Shown piece by piece: positions 16,773 to 26,681 of a DNA stretch of 32,000 nt. The position numbers were made by a program, and so were the translations under genes. How positions within the stretch are numbered: the stretch's first letter is position 1; each line of letters begins with the position of its first letter. Under the pieces are notes generated by a model that was given only the letters and a program-made list of their open reading frames with translations, was not told the DNA's origin and searched no databases. The DNA is from Archaeoglobus fulgidus DSM 4304 (GTDB lineage: Archaea; Halobacteriota; Archaeoglobi; Archaeoglobales; Archaeoglobaceae), in the NCBI RefSeq assembly GCF_000008665.1, contig NC_000917.1, positions 540,001 through 572,000 on the forward strand, read 5' to 3'.

Positions 16773-17675
16773 TTGAAAGCAATGAAAACCTCGGTTATAA
16801 TTTCCACATACACCAAAGAAAGATATAAAGACGTGCTTAGATGTATTGAATCCGTTAGACATCAGAGTTTAAAACCTTATGAAATTCTACTGATTTTAGA
16901 TCCTGTAAAAAGCTTAGTTGAGTACTATAAAAATATTGTCCCAAAAGATGTTAGAGTGGTAGTCTCCGACGGTTTTGGCCTTTCGAAGGCAAGAAATAAG
17001 GGTGTTTTTGAAGCTAAAGGAGATATTATAGCTTTTATTGATGATGATGCTTGGGCTGATGACTTGTGGTTGGAAAAAATCGTCGAAAATTACTCTGACG
17101 AAGGTGTTTACGGTGTTGGTGGCAAGATTATTCCGGTTTTCGAAAACGGAAGACCCAAGTGGCTACCTGAGGAACTGGATTGGATTGTCGGATGCACTTA
17201 CAAAGGTATGCCCGAGCAAAGGACAAATATAAGAAATCCAATTGGGGCAAACATGAGTTTTCGAAGGGAAGCTTTTGAAATTGCCGGTCCATTTAGATCA
17301 GAAATAGGTAGATACGGTAAAAAGCTGTTGAGTGGTGAAGAGGCTGAATTTGCTATGAGATTAAGGAAGATCAAGCCTGATGCTAAAATAATTTATGAAC
17401 CATCAGCGGTGGTTTACCATAAAGTTCCAAAGAGTAGGGTAAGAATCAGCTATGCAGTAAAAAGAGCGTTCTATGAAGGCTATTCCAAGGCCATTCTTGC
17501 GAAAGAATTTCCTCTAGAAATGGAAAGTAAATATTTGAACTTCATCCTCAGATCAATCTTAAGGAAGCTTCTAAGCAAAGGACAACAAATCGAGGCTCTG
17601 GTAATGTCTGTGATAGTCATGACTGTCGGAATCGGTAATTTGTATGGAACCTGCAGAATTTTATTGAGAAAGTGA
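16773..17675 (+). CDS. Glycosyltransferase family 2
   Basis: 300 aa ORF; TSVIISTYTKERYKDVLRCIESVRHQSLKPYEILLI, DIIAFIDDDAWADDLWL, GANMSFRREAFEIAG. Confidence 0.93.
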   Translation: MKAMKTSVIISTYTKERYKDVLRCIESVRHQSLKPYEILLILDPVKSLVEYYKNIVPKDVRVVVSDGFGLSKARNKGVFEAKGDIIAFIDDDAWADDLWLEKIVENYSDEGVYGVGGKIIPVFENGRPKWLPEELDWIVGCTYKGMPEQRTNIRNPIGANMSFRREAFEIAGPFRSEIGRYGKKLLSGEEAEFAMRLRKIKPDAKIIYEPSAVVYHKVPKSRVRISYAVKRAFYEGYSKAILAKEFPLEMESKYLNFILRSILRKLLSKGQQIEALVMSVIVMTVGIGNLYGTCRILLRK

Positions 17676-17931
17676 TAAAAATACCATTAATTGTGGATTC
17701 CAGCCAGGAGGGTTCATGCCTCCAGCAACGGATTCTCATAGCATAACGGACTTTTAGAGGCGCTATCAAAAGTGAACGCTTTTCGCCGAACCCTCCAATC
17801 CTGAAAGTATCGCGAAGGCCATTGCCGAGGTTTACCGTAAACAAGGCAAACGCTATTCTCCACCAGAGGGGCTTAAGTGGGAGAACATAACCAGGAAATG
17901 GCGTGCTTTGTTGGAGGAATTATTACGCTGA
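17672..17931 (+). pseudogene. Remnant of a gene following the GT2; C-terminal part resembles a GT4 C-terminus
   Basis: GTG start overlaps the GT2 stop (VIKIPLIVDSSQEGSCLQQRILIA*). Further on LFAEPSNPESIAKAIAEVYRKQGKRYSPPEGLKWENITRKWRALLEELLR* ends at 17931, typical of GT4 C-termini. Confidence 0.6.
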
Positions 17932-17940
17932 TTTTAGACA

Positions 17941-18013
17941 TAGCCCCGCGGGGATTCGAACCCCGGTCGCGGGCTCCAAAGGCCCGCATGATTGACCGCT
18001 ACACCACGGGGCT
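17941..18013 (-). tRNA. tRNA-Gln (anticodon UUG)
   Basis: Reverse strand AGCCCCG TG GTGTAGCGGTCAATCAT GCGGGCCTTTGGAGCCCGC GACCGGGGTTCGAATCCCCG CGGGGCT A: 7-bp acceptor, TTCGAAT T-loop, CTTTGGA anticodon loop; no encoded CCA. Confidence 0.93.
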
Positions 18014-18052
18014 TCATAAAGTCTTCGCCATTTGTGGTAATAACGGTTTCGT

Positions 18053-18670
18053 TTAGAAATCGTCAAGCGTCTTCTGCCTCAGATTTGACACCGTCTTCCA
18101 GCGCATTCTCACGCAGCTCGGAATTCTGCCTGAAGCTATCCACTCCTTCAGCACTTCTCTTGTCCTCGGATCGCTCGCATAGCCGCTGCCGAAATCCCCG
18201 AATTTTTCTTTCAGCCTCTCAATCTCCCGCTCCCTTTCCACCTTTGCGATGATTGAAGCCGCAGCTACCAGGGGATACTTCTCGTCCGCCTTGTGCTCGG
18301 CCACAACTCTCAACCCCGTAATCTCCTCAAGCTCCCTCGAAAGTCTCTCGGGAATCACATCAGGACTGTCAACATAAGCAATTTCCGGCTTCAGCCTGAG
18401 AATTATTTCAGCGTAGCACTCCTTCAAAATCTCGTTTATGGTTTTAGCAGCCATCCTTTCGTCGAGATTTTCGGGAGAAACTTTCAAAACCTCCGTTCTG
18501 CAGATTTTCCTTATTTCCTCGGCTAGTTCCTCTCTCCTCCCCTGACTTAGCTTTTTGGAGTCTTTCACACCAAGCTTTCTCAGCCTATCCTCATCGCTGC
18601 AAGCCACTCCTGCAACAACCAGTGGGCCGATGACGCAGCCCTTTCCAGCCTCATCGATGCCTGCCTTCAT
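18053..18670 (-). CDS. rnhB: Ribonuclease HII
   Basis: MKAGIDEAGKGCVIGPLVVAGVACSDED, GVKDSKKLSQGRREEL, YPLVAAASIIAKVERE. Confidence 0.97.
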   Translation of the reverse strand: MKAGIDEAGKGCVIGPLVVAGVACSDEDRLRKLGVKDSKKLSQGRREELAEEIRKICRTEVLKVSPENLDERMAAKTINEILKECYAEIILRLKPEIAYVDSPDVIPERLSRELEEITGLRVVAEHKADEKYPLVAAASIIAKVEREREIERLKEKFGDFGSGYASDPRTREVLKEWIASGRIPSCVRMRWKTVSNLRQKTLDDF

Positions 18671-19971
18671 CAGAAACCCAGCTTCCCCAGACCCTTTATT
18701 GGCAGCTTGTTCTTCTTCATCTTCTTCATAAGGTTCTTCATCGTCTTGTAGTAGTTCAGAAGCTCCTTGACCTCCTGAGGAGAGGTTCCGCTCCCGATTG
18801 CTATCCTCCTTATCCTCGAAGAATCGATGATTTTTGGATTCAGCAACTCCTCCTCAGTCATCGAATCCATAATCACTCTGAATTTCTTCATTTTCTCCTG
18901 CGTCATCTCCATTACGTCATTATCAACCTTCAATCCCAGGCCAAAGGGGAGCATCTCGAAAATCTTTCTAACCGGCCCCATTTTGTTCATTGCCTCTATC
19001 TGCTTGTAAATGTCTTTCAGCGTGAAGGTTCCCTTCAGGAATGCTTCAGGATCTAGCTCCTCCTCGCTTGCAATCCTCTCAATCTTCTCCATTAGCGCCT
19101 TGATATCTCCCATTCCAAGCAGTCTCGAAACGAAGCCAGCGGGATCAAAGCGTTCGAAGTCCTCCACCTTCTCTCCCGTTCCTATGAATGCTATCGGTAT
19201 TCCAATCTGCCTCGCTGCCGACAAAGCACCACCACCCTTCGCCGTTCCATCGAACTTCGTGATGATTATGCCATTGATTCCTATAGCCTCGTGAAACGCC
19301 TGAGCTTGCTTGCTTGCAAGCTGGCCTATCGCTGCATCAAGCACGAGCAGCTTGTAGTCCGGCCTCGCAACCTCTGCAATCTTTATCATCTCATCAATCA
19401 GCTCATCTTCGAGCGCATGCCTTCCGGCTGTGTCTATGATTATCATGTCGTGGTCTTTGAGCTTTTCCAGCGCGTTTTTGACTATTTTGACCGCATCTTT
19501 TTCCCCCTTCTCGCCGTAGAACGTTATTCCGTACTCCTCCGCAAGCTGCCTTAGCTGCTCGTAGGCTGCAGGTCTCCATGTGTCGGCTGCAACAACAGCA
19601 ACCTTCATCCCCCTGTCTTTGAAGTATTTGGCCATTTTGGCCGTTGTTGTGGTCTTACCGCTCCCCTGAAGACCGACGAGCATAATCTTGGCCTTTTTCA
19701 GCGGTATCTCAAGCCCCTCTCCCACTCCCCTGAGCAACTCCTCGTAAACGATTTTGAGAATCTGCTCCTTTGCGTTGAGAGCGGGAAGAACGTCCTCGCT
19801 TAGAGCCCTTTTCTTTATCGCATCGCTGATTTCCTTAACCTGCCTGACATTGACATCAGCCTTGATGAGGGCTCTCTGTATCTCCTTAACCATCTCCTCG
19901 ACGAATTTCTTATCAATGCTCGATGACCCCGCAATTTTCCTTGCAACTTCCTTGAGAGATTCAAGAGCCAT
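18670..19971 (-). CDS. srp54: Signal recognition particle 54 kDa protein
   Basis: IMLVGLQGSGKTTTTAKMAKYF, DTWRPAAYEQLRQLAE, IIIDTAGRHALE, C-terminal M domain. Confidence 0.98.
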   Translation of the reverse strand: MALESLKEVARKIAGSSSIDKKFVEEMVKEIQRALIKADVNVRQVKEISDAIKKRALSEDVLPALNAKEQILKIVYEELLRGVGEGLEIPLKKAKIMLVGLQGSGKTTTTAKMAKYFKDRGMKVAVVAADTWRPAAYEQLRQLAEEYGITFYGEKGEKDAVKIVKNALEKLKDHDMIIIDTAGRHALEDELIDEMIKIAEVARPDYKLLVLDAAIGQLASKQAQAFHEAIGINGIIITKFDGTAKGGGALSAARQIGIPIAFIGTGEKVEDFERFDPAGFVSRLLGMGDIKALMEKIERIASEEELDPEAFLKGTFTLKDIYKQIEAMNKMGPVRKIFEMLPFGLGLKVDNDVMEMTQEKMKKFRVIMDSMTEEELLNPKIIDSSRIRRIAIGSGTSPQEVKELLNYYKTMKNLMKKMKKNKLPIKGLGKLGF

Positions 19972-20041
19972 TGATATAACTAAGCAGGAAGTATTAAAAG
20001 GTTGGCGATAGTATTTTATTGAACCAGGCAGACTAAAATCG

Positions 20042-21712
20042 ATGATGTTGTTTGCCGAGTTTGCCGAGTTCTGCGAAAGGCTCGAAAAAATATCGTCAAC
20101 ACTTGAGCTTACCGCGAGGATAGCTGCGTTTCTTCAAAAAATTGAGGATGAGAGAGACCTTTATGACGTTGTCCTTTTTATCACCGGCAAGGTTTACCCG
20201 CCGTGGGATGAGAGGGAGCTTGGTGTCGGGATTGGATTGCTCTACGAGGCTCTTGAAAACGTAAGCGGAGTCAAGAGAAGCGAGATAGAGAGTATGATAA
20301 GGGAGTACGGAGACCTCGGTCTCGTTGCGGAGCAGCTGATAAAGAAGAAGAAAATGACAACCCTCGCCTTCGAGGAGCTTACAGTGAGGAAAGTGAGGGA
20401 GACCTTCGATGAGATCGCATCTTTGACGGGAGAAGGGAGCATGAAAAGAAAGATTATGCTCCTCACCGGCCTCTACGGTCTCGCAACTCCACTAGAGGCG
20501 AGGTACCTTACAAGGCTGATTTTGAATGAGATGCGCCTTGGTGTTGGAGAGGGCATAATGAGGGATGCTATAGCCAGAGCTTTCAGGGCGGATCCGGAAA
20601 CGGTTGAGAGGGCTTACATGATCACCAACGACCTCGGCAGGGTGGCAGTGGTTGCCAAGAAAGAGGGCGAGGAGGGCTTGAGGAAAATGAAGATAGAGAT
20701 TCACATTCCGGTCAGAATGATGCTCGCACAGGTTGCTGAGAGCCTCGAAAGCGCAGTTAGAGAGATGAGAACAGCGGCGGTGGAGTGGAAGTTCGACGGG
20801 AGCAGAGTTCAGGTTCACTGGGATGGGAGCAGAGTTACAATCTACTCAAGAAGGCTTGAGAACGTTACCAACGCCTTGCCGGACATAGTGGAGGAGATAA
20901 AGAAGAGCGTCAAGCCGGGCGTCATTCTTGACGGAGAAGTTATTGCGGTCAAGGAAGGAAAGCCGATGCCGTTTCAACATGTGCTGAGAAGGTTCAGGAG
21001 AAAGCACGATGTGGCAAAGATGGTTGAGAAAATACCGCTTGAAGCTCACTTCTTTGACATTCTCTACCACGATGGAGAGTGCATAGACCTTCCGCTGAGG
21101 GAGAGGAGAAAGCTACTGGAATCCGCAGTAAATGAGTCGGAGAAAATCAAACTGGCGAAGCAGATAGTTACGGACAGTGTTGATGAGGTAAGAAAGATGT
21201 ACGATGAGGCTATCAGCGCAGGGCACGAGGGAGTGATGATCAAGCTACCCTCATCCCCCTACATTCCGGGGAAGAGGGGCAAGAACTGGCTTAAGGTCAA
21301 GGCGATAATGGAAACTCTCGACCTCGTTGTGGTTGGAGGAGAGTGGGGAGAGGGAAAAAGGAGTCACTGGTTAAGCTCCTTTGAGCTCGCCTGCCTTGAT
21401 CCGGTAACGGGCAAACTGCTTAAGGTAGGAAGGGTCGCCACGGGCTTCACTGAGGAGGATCTGGAGGAGCTGACAGAGATGTTCAGACCCCTCATCGTCT
21501 CGCAGCAGGGGAAGAAGGTGGAGTTCATCCCGAAGTACGTTTTCGAGGTTGCGTATCAGGAGATTCAGAAAAGCCCGAAATACGAGAGCGGTTATGCGCT
21601 GAGATTCCCCAGGTTCGTCAGACTGAGGGATGATAAGGATGTTGACGAGGCGGATACGATAGAGAGGGTTGAGAACCTTTATAAGCTACAGTTCGAGGTA
21701 AAGAGACAATGA
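20042..21712 (+). CDS. lig: ATP-dependent DNA ligase
   Basis: 556 aa; AAVEWKFDGSRVQVHWDG (KxDG active site), VILDGEVIAV, EGVMIKLPSSPYIPGKRGKNWLKVK. Confidence 0.97.
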   Translation: MMLFAEFAEFCERLEKISSTLELTARIAAFLQKIEDERDLYDVVLFITGKVYPPWDERELGVGIGLLYEALENVSGVKRSEIESMIREYGDLGLVAEQLIKKKKMTTLAFEELTVRKVRETFDEIASLTGEGSMKRKIMLLTGLYGLATPLEARYLTRLILNEMRLGVGEGIMRDAIARAFRADPETVERAYMITNDLGRVAVVAKKEGEEGLRKMKIEIHIPVRMMLAQVAESLESAVREMRTAAVEWKFDGSRVQVHWDGSRVTIYSRRLENVTNALPDIVEEIKKSVKPGVILDGEVIAVKEGKPMPFQHVLRRFRRKHDVAKMVEKIPLEAHFFDILYHDGECIDLPLRERRKLLESAVNESEKIKLAKQIVTDSVDEVRKMYDEAISAGHEGVMIKLPSSPYIPGKRGKNWLKVKAIMETLDLVVVGGEWGEGKRSHWLSSFELACLDPVTGKLLKVGRVATGFTEEDLEELTEMFRPLIVSQQGKKVEFIPKYVFEVAYQEIQKSPKYESGYALRFPRFVRLRDDKDVDEADTIERVENLYKLQFEVKRQ

Positions 21713-22266
21713 ATGACGAGAGAAGGTTCGTAATCGCATCATCTTTGCTCCTCACCATCCTTTTCACAGCATCAGTCTATGCCGGATACACAGCAGGGCA
21801 GGATTACCCGATTGAGAAGGAGCTGAAAAGGTTCTTCGAGTACTTAGGAGGATTCTTCGATAATCCGATAATTCTCGCCCTCATCATCTTCGCAAACAAC
21901 GCTGGCAAATCGCTGATCGCCATGCTTGCCGGCTTCTTCTTCGGCATATTTCCTATTGCATTCGTGATGCTTAACGGTTACATTGTTGGAGTTGTTATTT
22001 CGTGGAGAGAGCCTGACTGGGGTCTGGCAAAGGTCGTTCTTGCAATCATACCGCATGGAATCCTCGAAATTCCGGCTATTATTATCGCATGCGCTTACGG
22101 GGTGTGGCTGGGATACAGATTCTACTTAGCATTGTTCAGAGGGGAGGAATTCAAGAAGTATCTGCTCAGAGCGGTAAGGGTTTACGTTAAACTGGTTTTA
22201 CCGATTCTGCTCATCGCGGCCTTTGTTGAAGCTTTTATAACGCCAGTGGTCGTTGGAGCAGCATGA
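21709..22266 (+). CDS. SpoIIM-family (stage II sporulation protein M-like) membrane protein
   Basis: 185 aa; IILALIIFANNAGKSLIAMLAGFFFGIFPIAFVMLNGYIVG, ILEIPAIIIACAYGVWLG; overlaps lig stop. Confidence 0.8.
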   Translation: MNDERRFVIASSLLLTILFTASVYAGYTAGQDYPIEKELKRFFEYLGGFFDNPIILALIIFANNAGKSLIAMLAGFFFGIFPIAFVMLNGYIVGVVISWREPDWGLAKVVLAIIPHGILEIPAIIIACAYGVWLGYRFYLALFRGEEFKKYLLRAVRVYVKLVLPILLIAAFVEAFITPVVVGAA

Positions 22267-23099
22267 AACTCGTGGTTTGCAGTGAAAGTGACACCGCAGG
22301 TCAGAACATCAAAGATAATTTACTCACCTTTGCCGACTTCGAAGAAAAGGATGTGGGGGAGTTCAAACTCTACCTTTCAGACGAGTTTTACATAGCCGAA
22401 ACAAAGGAGAGGCTCATCTACGCCGACCACATCGACGAAAAACTGGCAAAGTACATCGATTTTGAGGAAATTCTTTTCGCCTCAAGGCACAGCAGCAAGG
22501 ACGGCAGAAAGATTTTCACCGTACACGTTTCGGGAAATGTCGGGACCGCAGACTTCGGGGGAAAGCCCTACAGCCTTGCAAAGCCATCCCCGCAAACGAT
22601 GAAGAACTACGTTCTCGCCTTAAGGGAAAGGCTGGACAGAAAGCCGGAATTCGAGTTCACAATGGAGGTCACGCACCACGGCCCATCTGAGATATCCAAG
22701 CCTTCGGCGTTCTACGAAATCGGCTCAACTGAGGAGGAATGGAAAGACAGAGAGGCTGCAGAAGTAGTCGCAGAGGCAATGCTGGATGCGATAAGGGCAG
22801 AAAAGATGGACTGGAATGTTGCGGTTGGTGTTGGAGGGACGCATTACGCTCCAAGGCAGACCGAAATCATGCTCACCACAACCTTTACCTTCGGTCACAA
22901 CTTCGCAAAGTACACCTTCGAGCACCTGACAGCCGAATTTCTGGTTAAGGCAGTAAAGCTGAGCGAGGCTGAGTACATTATCATCGACGAGAAGTCCGTG
23001 AACTCAGCGGTGAAGAAAATCGTGAATGAAGCTGCAGAGGTTGCGGGTGTTGAAGTTCTGAAGAGCAAAAAAGTAAAGAAGGATTTTCGGTTAGTCTGA
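22263..23099 (+). CDS. dtdA: D-aminoacyl-tRNA deacylase (DtdA/DTD2 type)
   Basis: HVSGNVGTADFGGKPYSLAKPSPQTMK, EVTHHGPSEISKPSAFYEIGST, AVGVGGTHYAPRQTE. Confidence 0.93.
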   Translation: MKLVVCSESDTAGQNIKDNLLTFADFEEKDVGEFKLYLSDEFYIAETKERLIYADHIDEKLAKYIDFEEILFASRHSSKDGRKIFTVHVSGNVGTADFGGKPYSLAKPSPQTMKNYVLALRERLDRKPEFEFTMEVTHHGPSEISKPSAFYEIGSTEEEWKDREAAEVVAEAMLDAIRAEKMDWNVAVGVGGTHYAPRQTEIMLTTTFTFGHNFAKYTFEHLTAEFLVKAVKLSEAEYIIIDEKSVNSAVKKIVNEAAEVAGVEVLKSKKVKKDFRLV

Positions 23100-23747
23100 G
23101 GGCAGAAGCGAGGCCAGCCAGCCAACGTAGTCAGCTACTGACCTCGTCTGAATCCAAACTTTCCCTTTTCCTTTGAAGTCAACAACCAGCCCTTCACCGC
23201 TGAGAACCGTGGCCTTAAGCCCACCGACCTTGCTCACTTTGTAATCGAGCGTGGGCTCGAAAGCAACGATGTGGCCAGTGTCAACCCTAAGGTGGCCGTC
23301 AACCTGGAGCTCCTCGATGCTTCCGAACGAGGAGAGGAAGAGGTCACCCGTGCCCTCAATTTTAAGAAGAAACAGTCCCTCTCCGGCGAAGAACGTTCTG
23401 CCACCTCCCCACTTCGTGTCAACCTCAATGCCATCGCTCGAAGCCAGAAAGGCCCCACTCTGGGCTAAGATTGTTCCGTTCAGCGGTATGTGGATAATAT
23501 CGCCTTGATAGGTTGGTGCGAGGCCGAGAACGCCCTCCCCTCTGGAAACGAACCGGTTGACGAAAAAGGACTCCCCACCGAGCAGAGACCTCTTTAAACC
23601 ACCAAGAAGTCCACCCTTCATCTCCGTTTTTAGCTCAACGTCCTTCATGTAAACCATTGCTCCGGTTTCGGCAAGCACCTCCTCTCCTGGCCTAAGCTTA
23701 AGCTCCAGCATGCTGTAACTCGGCCTTCCCACTATTCTGTGCTCCAT
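23091..23747 (-). CDS. AIM24/TIGR00266-family protein
   Basis: LELKLRPGEEVLAETGAMVYMKDVELKTEMKGGLLGGLKRSLLGGESFFVNRF, DTGHIVAFEPTLDY. Confidence 0.88.
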   Translation of the reverse strand: MEHRIVGRPSYSMLELKLRPGEEVLAETGAMVYMKDVELKTEMKGGLLGGLKRSLLGGESFFVNRFVSRGEGVLGLAPTYQGDIIHIPLNGTILAQSGAFLASSDGIEVDTKWGGGRTFFAGEGLFLLKIEGTGDLFLSSFGSIEELQVDGHLRVDTGHIVAFEPTLDYKVSKVGGLKATVLSGEGLVVDFKGKGKVWIQTRSVADYVGWLASLLPSD

Positions 23748-24132
23748 GTGCTCGTTTTTTATTTGAAAATATATAAGTACTTGGAAAGAATTCTGCTAAG
23801 GTTACGATGTTTACGTAGATATGCTATATCAAAAGAAGAGAGAAATTGAAGCATACTCTAATGTTGTGGATATCGATTTAATTTTTTATTTTTGGTTTAA
23901 GGTCGTAAATATTCAAATTCTTCTTTGAATGCTTCGTATACGAGTTCTGCTCTGCTGCCATTTTTATTGTCTTCGGGGGTCGAATACCAGTTAAATCGAA
24001 AATTGGAAAATGGTTTTAGATAAATATTATATTTTTGATAATATTGTTAATGAGACCTACCAAACCTTCTCCAACAGTTTCCGTATTCTCTGCTCTAGGA
24101 TATTCAAAAACGATATTGCAAACGCTAAAAAA

Positions 24133-25155
24133 TTAAGGAGGAATGTGCTCGGGCGGTCTAATGGCTTTAAGCTTAATCGCCTCCTGCTCGCATCCAACAA
24201 CGCAGACCCCGCAGCCGAAGCACTTCTCCTCGTCAACCTTCGCAACGTCTTCGAGCGTTATGGCTTCAAAGGGACACCTTTCCTCGCAAACGCCGCAGGC
24301 TATGCACATGTCCTCGTCCACATAAGCAAGATACCTGCTCTTCTCCAGCAGGCTTTCAATTGGAACGTTGCCGTATTTTGCAGAGAGGAAGAACTCACAG
24401 CAGTCCTCGCAGCAGTTGCAGTTAACCGTCACCCTTCTGTCAACAATCTTGCCGGTGTTGGGCCATGTATGCACTAAACCATCCTCCTCAGCCTTCATTA
24501 TTATCTCTATTGCTTCATCTGCCGTTATCTCCCTTCCCGAACCTCTCGTGATGACGTACTCTGCCCCTCTACCAAACTGGATGCAGTGCCAGAGTGACAT
24601 CTCATCCGTATGCTTGCAGCCATCCCCTGCAAGATATGTGACGTTTCTGCAGGAGCACGGCACAACTGCAATCTTCTCCTGAGCTTTTATCATCTCAACG
24701 ATGTTCTCCTGCGGAAGCACGTCAGGCAGGTCCTTTATCGCCCCGTAAGCCGGAACAACTCTCCAGACCTTGAAGTCTGCCATTGCAAGCAGCTGCCCCA
24801 TTTTGGCGTGAGCCTCCTTTTCCCCGAACTCCTTCCACATTTTTGCATACTCGGGGTCTTTCATGTGGACAGAAGCGAGAGTGGCATCGTGAAGCTGAAC
24901 CAGATCCTTGGCAAACCTCCAGTAGTCCCTCTTCTGGAAATCCTTTGGAAAGACGACGCCCTTGAAGAAGAGATTCTCAAGGATTTCCTTAACTCTCTCC
25001 GCATCCATTCCAAGCTTCTCAGCAACCTCTTCAGCAGTTCCGGGCAGTGCAGCAGCTACTTTCGCCTCCTCCTCGTTCATCAGATACTCCAGTATCCTCC
25101 TGAGCCTTTCCGAGTCGGGAAAGCCCAACCTTGCCATCAATATTTCGTAGCTCAT
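24133..25155 (-). CDS. 4Fe-4S ferredoxin-domain protein with N-terminal winged-helix-like region
   Basis: 340 aa; VPCSCRNVTYLAGDGCKH, VNCNCCEDCCEFF, two CxxCxxCxxxCP-type clusters (CIACGVCEERCPF, CFGCGVCVVGCEQ). Confidence 0.85.
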   Translation of the reverse strand: MSYEILMARLGFPDSERLRRILEYLMNEEEAKVAAALPGTAEEVAEKLGMDAERVKEILENLFFKGVVFPKDFQKRDYWRFAKDLVQLHDATLASVHMKDPEYAKMWKEFGEKEAHAKMGQLLAMADFKVWRVVPAYGAIKDLPDVLPQENIVEMIKAQEKIAVVPCSCRNVTYLAGDGCKHTDEMSLWHCIQFGRGAEYVITRGSGREITADEAIEIIMKAEEDGLVHTWPNTGKIVDRRVTVNCNCCEDCCEFFLSAKYGNVPIESLLEKSRYLAYVDEDMCIACGVCEERCPFEAITLEDVAKVDEEKCFGCGVCVVGCEQEAIKLKAIRPPEHIPP

Positions 25156-25187
25156 GAAAAAAATTAGTCAAGTTTTACTATTTAAAT

Positions 25188-26168
25188 CTAATCCAAAAGG
25201 GATGCAACTTCGTTGGCAAACTCCATAGTTTTGAGGTTACCTCCCAAATCCGGAGTCTTCTTCCCCTCCTTAATGGTCTTCTCAACAGCTTCCTCAACCT
25301 TCTTGGCCTCCTCAACATAGCCGAAGTGGCGGAGCATCATGCAGGCTGTGAGAATCATGGCAGTTGGATTTGCAATTCCCTTTCCAGCGATGTCGAAGGC
25401 AGCACCATGTACCGGCTCGAAAATGGCCGTCCTCTCCCCAACATTGGCTGAGGGGGCAAGACCAAGTCCTCCAACGAGGCCTGCAGCTAAGTCAGAGACG
25501 ATATCACCAAACATGTTTGTCGTAACGATTACATCGAAGCGGAAGGGGTCCATAACGAGGTACATGCAAGCTGCATCGATGTAGTAGTCATTGTACTGAA
25601 TTTCGGGATAATCTTTCGCAACTTCTCTGCACACATCCCTAAATAGCCCGCATGTTTTCTTCATAACATTGGCTTTGTGCAGGGCTGTAACCTTCTTCCT
25701 GCCCTCCCTTTTAGCCAGCTCAAAAGCATACCTCGCAATTCTCTCGGAAGCCTCTCTCGTAATCACTCTGATGGCTTCAGTAACGTCCCCGAAGCCGAAC
25801 TCGAAGCCCATGTAAAGGCACTCTGTGTTTTCCCTCACCACAACAATGTCTAAGCCGGGATAGAGGCATTCAATGCCCTCAATTGCCTTCGCTGGCCTGA
25901 CGTTGGCAAAGGTTCCGAGCTCCCTTCTCAGCCTCACTATGACATCTGCCGCCGTTTCCCCGGCGGCACCGAAAAGCACCGCATCGCTCTTCCTGCAAGC
26001 TTCCAGCGTCTCATCAGGCAGAGCTTTTCCGTACTTCTCCAGAGCCTCATCTCCAGCATCGTAGTAGCTGTATTCAAAGGGCAGGTCGAGCTTCTCGAGA
26101 ATTAGCATCGCAGCCTCCATAACCTCCTTGCCTATGCCGTCTCCGGGGATTACCACAATTTTCTTCAT
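25188..26168 (-). CDS. leuB: 3-isopropylmalate dehydrogenase
   Basis: [74 protein letters not shown]. Confidence 0.93.
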   Translation of the reverse strand: MKKIVVIPGDGIGKEVMEAAMLILEKLDLPFEYSYYDAGDEALEKYGKALPDETLEACRKSDAVLFGAAGETAADVIVRLRRELGTFANVRPAKAIEGIECLYPGLDIVVVRENTECLYMGFEFGFGDVTEAIRVITREASERIARYAFELAKREGRKKVTALHKANVMKKTCGLFRDVCREVAKDYPEIQYNDYYIDAACMYLVMDPFRFDVIVTTNMFGDIVSDLAAGLVGGLGLAPSANVGERTAIFEPVHGAAFDIAGKGIANPTAMILTACMMLRHFGYVEEAKKVEEAVEKTIKEGKKTPDLGGNLKTMEFANEVASLLD

Positions 26169-26650
26169 GCCCTCTCCCTCAAACTCTTTGCAAACTCAAC
26201 CAGCCCGCCCTTTTCCAGAATCTCCTTCAGGAAATCGGGCAGTGGGTTGATTGGATACTCCTCACCCTTTGTTTTGTTGTAAATCACGCCCTTCTCGTAA
26301 TCAACTTCCAGCTCGTCTCCGTCTTCAATCTTGTCCGTCTCCTTGCACTCAAGAACTCTCAGACCGATGTTGATGGCATTCCTGAAGAAAATTCTGGCGT
26401 AGGATTTTGCAATGACAGCCTCAATTCCCGTAGCCTTCAAAGCGAGAGGGGCGTGCTCTCTGCTGCTCCCACAGCCGAAATTCTCTCCAGCAACAACGAA
26501 ATCTCCCTTCTTAACCTCCTTGGCGAATTCGGGGCGAAGATTCTCAAAAACATGCTTTGCGAGCTCCTCAGGCTCATTGATTACCAGATACTTTCCCTGT
26601 ATGATGACGTCCGTGTCTATGTCATCTCCGAACTTCCAGGCTCTTCCCAT
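26165..26650 (-). CDS. leuD: 3-isopropylmalate dehydratase small subunit
   Basis: [62 protein letters not shown]. Confidence 0.93.
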   Translation of the reverse strand: MGRAWKFGDDIDTDVIIQGKYLVINEPEELAKHVFENLRPEFAKEVKKGDFVVAGENFGCGSSREHAPLALKATGIEAVIAKSYARIFFRNAINIGLRVLECKETDKIEDGDELEVDYEKGVIYNKTKGEEYPINPLPDFLKEILEKGGLVEFAKSLRERA

Positions 26651-26681
26651 GAGCTAAGTAGGGGCGGAATTAAAAAAGGTT

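Noticed and set aside
1-17931. Insertion sequence or integrase driving the island
   Set aside because: No transposase, integrase or long terminal inverted repeats recognised; island status rests on gene content and decay only.
24610-25167. Long + strand ORFs in the 4Fe-4S protein region
   Set aside because: Antisense to a strongly supported CDS (24133-25155); translations are low-complexity or Ser/Leu-rich and match no family.
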